The position numbers and the translations under genes are program-made. DNA of 64,000 bases from Schmidtea polychroa (Eukaryota). Below are positions 51,346-61,487 of the stretch, in pieces. The stretch is from assembly GCA_044892525.1 (NCBI GenBank), contig CM097885.1, positions 43,402,001 through 43,466,000 of the forward strand. The letters are read 5' to 3'. Position 1 is the stretch's first letter, and every line of letters starts with the position of its first letter. Under the pieces are notes generated by a model, which ran no database searches, was not told where the DNA came from, and saw nothing but the letters and a program-made list of their open reading frames with translations.

Positions 51346-52494
51346 TTATTTAATCAATTGATTTTCGGATATCCAAGATGGAGTTTCATATCCATGCCAT
51401 TTAACATAGTATTGTTTATATTTACCATCTTTTTTGGTTTTTAAAATCTTTTGAATTCTAAATATTGTAGGAGCAGGAATTACTTGGAGTTCTTGTTCAT
51501 AGAATTTACCAGTGATTGGTTTGTTTTCATGATCAACTATCACATACATGACAGGATTCTGTTTTGTATCGATTTTAAAAATTTGATATACTTCATCACT
51601 CCAATTATTATCAAAGTTTTTGATGAATGGTGAAGAATTGATTTTACTAATTCTTACATGATCACCAACCTTGTATTTCGGTTTATAGATTTTTTCTGAC
51701 TTTGTTTGATTTTTAGTAAAATCTGCAGGTGTTTGTCCTTTTAATCCTCTGTGTGGTGAATGATTGTAACTGAAAATAATTTTTGGCAAAACATTTATCC
51801 AAGTTTTATTACCTTGATATACAAAATATTTTTTCAAGCGTTCTCTTAAAGTTCGATTAAATCGTTCTACGTGAGCAGCTTTGAACTGAGAAAATACAGA
51901 GTAATGGTTTATTCCTTTGATAACCTCTTTAACTTTGCTGTTATAAAATTCTTTACCTAAATCATATATTTAAAAATTAATTAATTAAATTTAATTACCT
52001 AAATCCGTTTGTAAATTAATAGGTTTACCATCTGCAAACATTTCTTTTATCGCATCAGCCATTTCATTTGCAGATTTAGTTTTTGTAGGAACAGCACGAG
52101 CATATCTATTAAAAACATCTATACAAGTCAGAATATATTTGTACCCCTTGTTAATTTTTGAATAAGGTATCATTTCCATCAAATCCATTTGCCATACATC
52201 ATTGTTTCCAATTGTTTTGTATGGTCTTGTTGGAAAACGTTTCAACATTGGTTTATTTAAACTATATGCTAATTGATTAGATAACCATTTCTGAGTTTCT
52301 TTCTTTGAATTATTCACTCGTTTTGTTAATTTTTCTACGCCACCAAAACCATCTGGATCTTTTGGGTTTGTCCATATGGTTTTTAACTTTTTCTCTATTG
52401 TTTTCACTTTTTTCACTTTTGTTTTCACATTTGTTTTCACTTTTGTTTTCATTTTTTCCACTTTTGTGTTGGTTTTGTGATACGTTTCCTTCAT
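51346..52494 (-). CDS. Retroviral-like (c-integrase) DDE integrase with C-terminal chromodomain; 42-nt intron 51957-51998
   Basis: WQMDL, LTCIDVF, spliced LQTDLG|KEFYN, HVERFNRTLR, YNHSPHR, chromo-like IQKILKTK...YYVKWHGY...SWI. Start codon uncertain. Confidence 0.93.
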
Positions 52495-52564
52495 TATTAC
52501 AACAAGTTGTCAAAATATTAAAATCTACAATATTTTTATTTGGTAATGAACTCTTGATACCCAT
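52310..52564 (-). CDS. 84-aa ORF with N-myristoylation-like start (MGIKSS), overlapping the integrase 5' end
   Basis: N-terminal 28 aa conserved in the relic copy as MGAKSSLPNKNIVDLNILTCCNNEGN (about 59096-59175). Confidence 0.5.
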   Translation of the reverse strand: MGIKSSLPNKNIVDFNILTTCCNNEGNVSQNQHKSGKNENKSENKCENKSEKSENNREKVKNHMDKPKRSRWFWWRRKINKTSE

Positions 52565-52889
52565 TAAGAACTTAATGATGAGATTGCACTAATTGCAGAT
52601 AAGACTATAGGAATTAGTGCACCCAAGAACCCTCCTTTTTGTTTATATATTATCTTTCTCATTAGACGACGATTTTTTTATCAACTAGAGATAAAAGTGA
52701 TCTTTTATGTCTTTGCAATACTAATCTTTTAGCTTTAGTTATATTTACATTACCGCGGACAACATTTATAATAACTTCAAGTAAATCATCAATAACAAAT
52801 GATGGAAAAGACTGTAAAATTGATATTCGTTTCGAATTTGGTGCCTTTATTAAAGCATTAAAATATGGTAAACTCCGTTCAAATTTCAT
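52564..52889 (-). CDS. Adenovirus pX-like core precursor (1-nt frameshift in A7 run at 52673-52679)
   Basis: MKFERSLPYF...NVVRGNV...; restoring one A gives ...NRRLMRKIIYKQKGGFLGALIPIVLSAI, resembling the GGFLPALIP motif of adenoviral pX. The relic copy is in frame at this point (VNNKNRRLMR). Confidence 0.72.
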
Positions 52890-52918
52890 TATTATTATTA
52901 ATTTACGCGACGGATTGT

Positions 52919-53071
52919 TTATAATTTGATCCACTTCTTGATTTGTTTCTTAGTTTTTGTACTTTTTGTACTTTTTGATCCACTTTTTGTTTTCTTTGTA
53001 CGTTTTGTTTTCTTGGTAATTTTCTTCGAAACACTTGGAAGATTTTTAACAACTACTTTTTTAAATGACAT
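52919..53071 (-). CDS. 50-aa Lys-rich basic protein (putative DNA-condensing core protein)
   Basis: MSFKKVVVKNLPSVSKKITKKTKRTKK...KKQIKKWIKL; the relic has an intact homologue MAFKVIAKN...KKQTKKWIKL (58608-58739). Confidence 0.7.
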   Translation of the reverse strand: MSFKKVVVKNLPSVSKKITKKTKRTKKTKSGSKSTKSTKTKKQIKKWIKL

Positions 53072-53090
53072 GATTAATTTTATTTAGTTT

Positions 53091-53714
53091 TTAGTTTTGT
53101 TTATAAATCGTAACACCGTTTATATTAAAAATATCAGTTCTAATACGCATATCATCTGGACATTGTTGTGTAAAATCAAAAAATAAATATCCATGAGGAA
53201 TTTTTGTCGCATCTTGGAATGAATCAATCAAAAATTTTCTATTATTTGGATAAGCTTGTCTTGCAAGAAAATCTATTATTGTTTGATCTCTAGGATTTTT
53301 GAAAATAATTAAATATTGGACATTTAAATTACGTGTTCTATGACTTCCACCTTGATGAAAAAGATTTTGTGTAATGAAAATAACTGTAACTCCACAATGT
53401 CTACTGATTTTTGTAAATAAATTATTAAAATCTTTTTCTTTATTTGCTTCCTGGTACAGATCATCGATAATAATAACATCACCTTGGCGTAATCTAGATG
53501 ACCAATTTTTATCAAATCCTTTAATTATTGTCATTTTTAATTTACAGAAACTGTTTTGAGTCAATCCATGTTCTTCATCTGCACCTCGATGCCAATATAT
53601 TTTATTAAATTTAGATTTAAACATGTTTGATTGTAATAAATTACATACAAATAAAGTTTTCCCGCTTCCACTAGGTCCTACTATTTGATATACTGCGTCA
53701 TTTCTTAATTCCAT
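53091..53714 (-). CDS. A32/FtsK-like genome packaging ATPase
   Basis: Walker A GPSGSGKT, Walker B VIIIDDL, FTKISRH...ITQNLF...FKNPRD. Confidence 0.95.
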   Translation of the reverse strand: MELRNDAVYQIVGPSGSGKTLFVCNLLQSNMFKSKFNKIYWHRGADEEHGLTQNSFCKLKMTIIKGFDKNWSSRLRQGDVIIIDDLYQEANKEKDFNNLFTKISRHCGVTVIFITQNLFHQGGSHRTRNLNVQYLIIFKNPRDQTIIDFLARQAYPNNRKFLIDSFQDATKIPHGYLFFDFTQQCPDDMRIRTDIFNINGVTIYKQN

Positions 53715-53764
53715 TTTTTAATTAAATTATTTTATTTAATTTGTTTATAATTACAATAATTAGA

Positions 53765-54241
53765 ATGATCAGCAACATTAATTATAGAGGAAGATGTGTA
53801 GTTAATGGAATGAAGTTTCCATCAGGAAAACCTCAACATGTCGTGGACAGAAGTGGAAAATATCCAATTTTATTCTTCAAGAGCGGGAAATGTAGGATAA
53901 TGGGATGTAAGAAACCATTACAGGAAGGCGATCTCAAATATCACATTCAAGATTTACAAATCCAATCAATTACATTAACGCTAGATATGGGTACATGCAT
54001 TGATTTAAATGCATTGTCAAGGAAAACCGATAGTTACTACGAGCCTGAAATATTTCCAGCTTTACGTATTCTCAAGTATAACCCCCTATGTGTAAATGTT
54101 TTTTCAAGTGGGAAAGTTGTTATATTAGGGATTAAAACATTTGATTATTTTAATCAAATTCAAGAAATTCAGAAATTCATTAAATCATTAACTATAAATA
54201 TCACAACAAATGAAGAAATATTGGAATATTTATTAAGTTAA
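53765..54241 (+). CDS. TATA-box-binding protein (TBP)-like protein, 158 aa, Maverick-encoded
   Basis: Two TBP repeats: ISNIN...ILFFKSGKCRIMGCK and IQSIT...IDLNAL...YYEPEIFPALR...VNVFSSGKVVILGIK (compare TBP YEPELFPGL...LIFVSGKVVLTGAK). Confidence 0.88.
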   Translation: MISNINYRGRCVVNGMKFPSGKPQHVVDRSGKYPILFFKSGKCRIMGCKKPLQEGDLKYHIQDLQIQSITLTLDMGTCIDLNALSRKTDSYYEPEIFPALRILKYNPLCVNVFSSGKVVILGIKTFDYFNQIQEIQKFIKSLTINITTNEEILEYLLS

Positions 54242-54304
54242 TTAAATTAATTTAATTAATTGTGTTTAAATTAACTGAATATCTACAATAACAAAAATTC
54301 AAAA

Positions 54305-54652
54305 ATGGATGACGATAAGCAAGCTTACATATTCCAGACTATATTAACGAAGATGGAAGAATTGTTCCCGAATATAAAGAACAGACTTTCATATTGTGCT
54401 CCGGAATTATTAGCTTATAGAATCAAGCAATTAACGGGGATCAATATAGAAGAACTTATACGAAGACATTTCGAATCTGTACAAGAATCAAGATTTAAAT
54501 GCATAGACGATTGTGAAGTATGTATGGATCCGATGAAATTACCATGTCCGTTTAGATGTAGATGTTGCCAAGAATATAAGATGAAAGAAGTTGTTCATAT
54601 TTTACTAGCAGAATTAAGAAGAGCTTATTACAAGCAAATATTGGATGAATAA
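54305..54652 (+). CDS. 115-aa Cys-rich unknown Maverick protein
   Basis: Clean ORF with aaaATGG context; CIDDCEVC...CPFRCRCC cluster; stop codon lies in the right TIR. Confidence 0.7.
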   Translation: MDDDKQAYIFQTILTKMEELFPNIKNRLSYCAPELLAYRIKQLTGINIEELIRRHFESVQESRFKCIDDCEVCMDPMKLPCPFRCRCCQEYKMKEVVHILLAELRRAYYKQILDE

Positions 54653-54734
54653 ATTTTATATCTTTACATTTGTTAATTGTTTGTGTTTTATGTGTCTAGT
54701 TCATTTTTATGTATTTGGTCGATATATTATTTTT

Positions 54735-54765
<31 letters not shown>

Positions 54766-56301
54766 TTTCGTTAAAATTTTCATTTGACTTTGAAAAATAT
54801 TTCATAAAAATTTTCATTAAAAGTTATCTTAAAAAATTCCATCTAAAATTATCATTGAAAAATATTTCATAAAAATTTCCATTAAAAATTACTTAAAAAA
54901 TTATTTCATAAAAATTTCCATTAAAAATTACCTAAAAAATATTTCATAAAAATTTCCATTAAAAATTACTTAAAAAATTATTTCATAAAAATTTCCATTA
55001 AAAATTACTTAAAAAATTATTTCATAAAAATTTCCATTAAAAAATTTCAATTCTCAAACACCTTCAACTTTTTGTTAATAAATTTTAAAATCTTACTTTA
55101 ATTTACTTATTACATTACATTAATTTACTTATTTAAAAATTATTACTTATTTAAAATTTTTTACCATTGATTACTTAATTTTAAATTTAGACCTTAATTA
55201 ACTTTAATTTAATTTTTTAGAACCTTAATTTACTTTAATTTAATTTTTTAGAACCATTATTAACTGTAATTGAAAAATTTGGACCATAATTTACTTTAAT
55301 TTAATTTTTTAGAACCATAATTAACTGTAATAGAAAAATTTGGACCATAATTTACTGTAATTTAAATTTTTGAGCCATTATTTACTGTAATTTAATTTTT
55401 TAGAACCATAATTTACTTTAATTTAAATTTTTTGAGCCATTATTTACTGTAATTTAATTTTTTAGAACCATTATTTACTGTAATTTAATTTTTAGGACCT
55501 TAATTTACTTTAATTTAATTTTTAGGACCATAATTTACTTTAATTTAATTTTTAGAACCATAATTTACTTTAATTTTAAAATTTGGACCATTATTTACTT
55601 TAATTGAAAAATTTACCACGTTTTTAGTGTAGACCACCTTTTTCTCAGGTCCAAGGAGACTCACCTCACTATAGTCTGAAAAATCCTTGGCTTTTTTAGT
55701 GTAGACCGCCTATTTGTATTGAAAATATCCTGAGACCTTAAATTACCATGCTTTTTTATTGAAGACCGCCTTTTTGTATTGAAAAAATATTTTTGTATTG
55801 AAAATCCCAGGACCATCGAGACCCCCTCACTATAGTCTGAAAATTCCATGCTTTTTTAGTGAGACCGCCTTTTTGTATTGAAAAAATTTTATTTGTATTG
55901 AAAATCCCAGGACCATCGTTTTTGTATAGAAAAAATTTTATTTGTATTGAAAATCCCAGGACCATCGAGACCCCCTCACTATAGTCTGAAAATTCCATGC
56001 TTTTTTAGTGGTAGTCGGATTTTTGTATAGAAAAATTTTTTTTGTATTGAAAATCCTAGGACCATCGTTTTTGTATAGAAAAATTTTTTTTTGCATTGAA
56101 AATCCCAGGACCATCGTTTTTGTATAGAAAAATTTTTTTTGCATTGAAAATCCCAGGACCATCGAGACCCCCTCACTATAGTGTGAAAAATTGCGTAATC
56201 AAAAGTTGCAACAAAAAAATTACGGCAACAAAAAAAAGTTGCAACAACCCCCCCCCCCCCCCGGGGGGGTAATTGTTGCCGTAAGCCACTATCTACCTAC
56301 T
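54646..56301 (-). repeat. Right terminal inverted repeat (about 1.66 kb)
   Basis: Reverse complement of 39396-41299 with different repeat copy numbers. Confidence 0.92.
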
Positions 56302-57576
56302 ATTTTCAATACAAAATTTTCTTTGTAATATAAAATCATTCTAATATTGATTTTAAATATTTAATATTAATTTAACAATTTCCTCTTTTTAATTTTTTAA
56401 AATACTAAATTAATATGTAAGTACCATTTTTAGAGTAAATCAACAAATGAGCAATATTGAAAATCCATTACTGAAATCTAAAATCCCTTGAGGTTTCATG
56501 GTTACATACGTGGATTAATCCTCGCCAGTTTCATCATGATGATTTGTTTCATCATTAAAAGTCGATTTTGGTTAAGATTTTTGAATCTGTTTACTATTTT
56601 TTAAATCATGGAACGCCGGGTACCCCAGCTAGTTGAATATAAAGAACTGAAAGCATTTAATACTATTTTCAAACCTCTAAATTGATGAATTATTTAATTC
56701 TCAAAAAATCTTTTTATACACGATGTTTTGTGTACAAACATTATTATTGTTCAATTTCAATCATGAAAAAGTTTGTCTCGGAGATCTTGACTTAACACTT
56801 GATTAGTAAATGGATTCCAACATGTTCAAAACTTTGTTCTTGTGACTTATTTATTGTAACTTTGTTCTTCAATTTCATTATTTTCTTTCATTTTTGATTA
56901 TTTTGTCGAAATGATCATTAAAATGTTAAAAACAAAACCTGAAAACACCAAATGTATATTTTAAACATAATAAAACTGAAATTAAAAGTTGAAACGAAAA
57001 AAAAATTTAATAATTGACTTAAAATAATGCCAAGTACGTTTTTTACGATTAATATTATGATAATAAATAGGACTTATAGTATTTTTACATTTATCTAATT
57101 TTTATTTATTAAAAATATTTATAAATGCTGAGTATAAGAAAATTATTTTATTATCTGTTCGAATATTAACAACTTTTTATAAGATATTGAAAAATTTACT
57201 CACTAATTTTCCTTGATCATAATGGTAATTAACCGAAAATTTTCGATTCTTATATAAGGCTCTGCATCCTACTCCCTCATACATCCCATGATATACTGGA
57301 TGATCACGATGCAGAGCAGTAATGGTTTTTTGGCTGCATAATTTTCCAGGTCAAAATCAACTAAATTTATTCTCTCGTTAAGCCTGAATAATTTTCGCTT
57401 AAAAAGTCTGTGCTCTAATAGGCTATCACACTATAGTGAGGGCTCTTTGAGGCTAAAGTATGCACATTCTAAAAACCTTTTAATAAAAACCTTTAGACTG
57501 TATCGTATTCGTATTGTTATTTATGATTTTGATTTACCTAGTTAGACTTTTATTTAAATATTTGTTTTCATTCCAG

Positions 57577-57606
57577 CTTTGAAAGGAATCAAGAAAGTAA
57601 AAACAA
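57577..57606 (+). CDS. 30-nt symmetric micro-exon continuing the 37500 chain
   Basis: ttccag|ctttgaaaggaatcaagaaagtaaaaacaa|gtaat; phase 2 at both ends, encodes SFERNQESKN. Confidence 0.45.
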
Positions 57607-58214
57607 GTAATCTATTATTTTTATTAATAAAGTAAAAATTTTAAAAATTATATTAATCTGATGACATCTTATAACAAAAACTTCTATTTTCAATCAATGG
57701 AGAAAATATGAAAATTCTTACTTTATGGTTTTTATTAAACATTCAACTTTTATTAAATAACGTAATTGTGGTTAGATATTTGAAAAATATTAATCGTTAT
57801 TTCTATAGCTGGACAAAATTTTGTCACTTTCGTAAATATTTTATGAAATATTTATTCAACATTTTCATTTCTAAACTATAACATTCTCGATGTCAGTCAT
57901 AAGATTTATTGCTCCCGATTGTAGAGACATACAACTAATTCGAATAAAGATTTTATTCAAAAGAACATTGCAATAAATAATTGATATATCTGCTCCAATA
58001 GTCAATTTACCAACGAAAGCACAGGCACTTGATCTGGCGATTGTATGGAGATTGTTGAAGATCTTGACCATCATCAGAGAGATCATAGCTTTTGTTTTCT
58101 TGTCTTACATTCATTCTTGTGCTCACAGGCCACACAATAAATTTAAGTTTGTCATATTTTGCACAGCACCAAATATTGCGGATAGAGACTTGCAAAAATT
58201 AGAGGGAAATTGAT

Positions 58215-61200
58215 CAGGAAGCAGATAAAGAAAAGGATTTTAATAATTTATTTACAAAAATCAGTAGACATTGTAGAGTTACAGTTATTTTCATAACACA
58301 AAACCTTTTCCATCAAGGTGGAAGTCATAAAACACGTAATTTAAATGTTCAATATTTGATTATTTTCAAAATTCCACGAGATAAAACAATTATTGATTTT
58401 TTTGCAAGACACGCTTATCCTAATGATAGAAAAATTGTAACAGAATCATTCCAAGATGCAACAAAAAATCCTCATGGATATTTGTTCTTTGACTTTATAC
58501 AACAATGTCCTAATGATTTCCGTATTAGAACAGATATTTTTAGTTTAAAGGGTGTTACGATTTATAAATAAAATTGAAAACAAGTAATTAAACTAATCAT
58601 ACTAATCATGGCATTTAAAGTAATTGCTAAAAACTCAATTGTTCCAAATGTTTCCAAAAAAGATAATAAGATAACCAAACGTGGTAAGAAACATATAAAG
58701 AAAAGTAAGAAACAAACTAAGAAATGGATTAAATTATAAACAATTATTAAATTATTGTAGTAATAATGAAATTTGAACACAGTTTACCATATTTTAATAC
58801 CTTGATAAAGGCTTCAAATACAAAACAAATGTCAATTTTAGAAGTTTTTAATCATTTGTTATTGACAATACTTGAAGTTATTGTAAATGTTGTTCGTGGT
58901 AATGTAAATATTACTAAAACTAAAAGATTAGTATTACAAAGACATAAAATATATCTTTTTATCGTTAGTCAACAATAAAAATCGCCGTCTGATGAGATAA
59001 TATATAAAGATAATATAATATATAAAGATAATATATAAACATTAAGTTCAAATAGTATTATATGGAATTAGTGCAATTTCATCATTTAGTTCTTAATGGG
59101 CGCCAAGAGTTCATTACCAAATAAAAATATTGTAGATTTAAATATTTTGACGTGTTGTAATAACGAAGGAAACATTTTCGAAAACAAAGGCGAAAAAGCT
59201 CAAAGCAATATGGACAAGATCCAGATGGTTTTGGTGATGTTGATAGTTAACAAAACGAGTGATTAATTCAAAAAAGGAATCTCAGAAATGGTTATGTAAT
59301 GAAATAGGTTATTGTTTAAATAAATAAATAGTGAAGCGATTCCCAAATTTATACAAAACATTTAGAATCAATGATTTGTGGGAAATGGATTTGATGGAGA
59401 TGATTCCTTATTCAAAAATCAACAAAGATTACAAATATATTTTGACTTGCATTGATGTTTTTAATAGATAGGCGGGGTTCCTACAAAATCAAAATCTGCT
59501 AATGAAATGGCTGATACAATAAAATATTTATTTGCTGATGGAAAGCCATGTAATTAACAAACTGATTTGGGTAGGAAATTTATTTAAATTAATTTTTTTT
59601 AAAGTAAATATTTAGGTAAAGAATTTGTTAACCGCAAAGTTAAAGATGTTATCTTAGGAAAAAATCATTACTCGGTATTTTCTCAATTCAAAGCTGCTCA
59701 TATAAAAAGAATTAATCGAACTTTAAAAGAGAGATTGAAAAAATATTTTGTATATCAAGGTAATAAAACTAGGATAAATGTTATGCCAAAAATTGTTTTC
59801 AGTTCAAATCATTCAACACAGAGAATTAAAAGGACAGAGACCTGTTGATTTTACCAACAAACCATTAACGTAGAAAAAATTGCTAAACCAAAATACAAGG
59901 TGGGTGATCATGTAAGAATTAGTAAAATCAGTTCTTCTCCATTCATCAAGGATTTTGATAATAATTGGAGTGATGAAGTATATAAAATTTTGAAAATCGA
60001 TACAAAGCAGAACACTGTGATGTATGTAATAATTGATCATGAAAACAATCTAATCAGTAGTAAGTTCTCCGAACAAGAACTCCAAATCATTCTTGCCGAC
60101 TGTGTTCTGAATTCAAAAGATTTTAAAAACCAAAAAAGATGGGAAATATAAACAATACTATGTTAATAAAGAGGTTGAATTAGTTTTTAATTCTATCAAT
60201 GTTTGAAGTATCAAATGATAGATTTGCTCACAAGGTATTAATCGAAACAATTATAAATTATAATGGAGATATTAAACGTACATCTTTAGGTGGAATTGGG
60301 TACACAGAAAAAGATCAAAAAAATCAAAATAATTTTCTTTATGTTCCGCAATCCAATTCGATTTCTTTGATAAACCAAAATATTTACTACCTGATGTTAG
60401 TTTTCAAATCAGTTCCATCACTTAGTTTAATATGTACTAAAATGGATCAAAGAATAGTATTATTAAATGTAAAATTAATCGTTAGAAGAGTTCGTGTCGA
60501 ATCATCAGTTTTAGCTGGTCATCAAATTGGTCTCTCCACAAAAATGCAATTTATCCTTTAGGAAACAAAGAAGTTGTTGAATTTTAATTGGATCTTCATC
60601 TTTTATAAAGAGAAAATATTCGGAGATGGAAGTTTAACTTATGTTATTCTTGTTGCATAAAAAGATTTAGTGGATCATTTTCAAATACTTTTTCATTGTT
60701 TGATCATTTTAATGTTAAGTCAACTTTAAGTAAAGGGAGTGTTTATCGTGAAAAATATAGTCAAGATTTGGAAAACAATAATTATAGTACAAGTTATTGT
60801 TAGAAATATTGGATATCTTAATAAAAATATGAATTGTGGTATCAGTATGTCTGACTTAAAGAACAAGTATCCAGTCTTTACATTTGTATTGGTACCTGAT
60901 TTCGATTTTCATCAAAGTCAGTTACCACAAAGTGGAAATTTATGACAATATTAAATTTGCATCAACCCTTACTGAAGCTGTTTCTGTAATTGTATATGAA
61001 GTTTTTAAAAAAGAAATTAAAATTACATCTACCGTTAAGTTACAAACGATATTGGTTTAACCTTAGAAATTTAAACCATAAACGAAATTCTGAATTATTA
61101 TTTGTCATTTATGAAGTAAGAAATTTAATTAATTATTTAATTTTATTAATATTAGTTTTATTCAGATAAAAAATAACCGGAGAAAATTATTGGGATCAGA

Positions 61201-61487
61201 ATTTTTTTGAGTTTTCCCCTTAGATAAAATTCCCCTTATTGTTGTTAACAAAGCTATTATTGTAAATACTCAATCATCTAATCTCAATGGTGAACATTGG
61301 CTTGCAATTTACGTGAAGCCAGACTTTATATCCGCATTTGATCTTATGTGATTCTATTATCCTCCTTTATTAATTAACAAATTGTGATCAATGTCTATGC
61401 CAATCGAATACAGCTGAAATCGATATTAAAATCCAATGACAAAAAAATGTGAATAAGACGGCTTGGCTTGGCTAAAGTCAATGAAGT
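58215..61487 (+). mobile_element. Decayed, internally deleted Maverick relic of the same family, inverted orientation
   Basis: Colinear broken homologues of ATPase 3' half, basic protein, pX-like, MG-ORF, integrase (intron retained), MCP 3' part and protease (intron retained). Confidence 0.93.

Larger units (their letters stand above)
39396..56301 (-). mobile_element. Maverick/Polinton endogenous virus, 16906 bp
   Basis: Termini AGTAGGTAG...CTACCTACT, 6-bp TSD attttc (39390-39395, 56302-56307), long TIRs, and pPolB, integrase, ATPase, protease, MCP and mCP genes. Confidence 0.98.
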
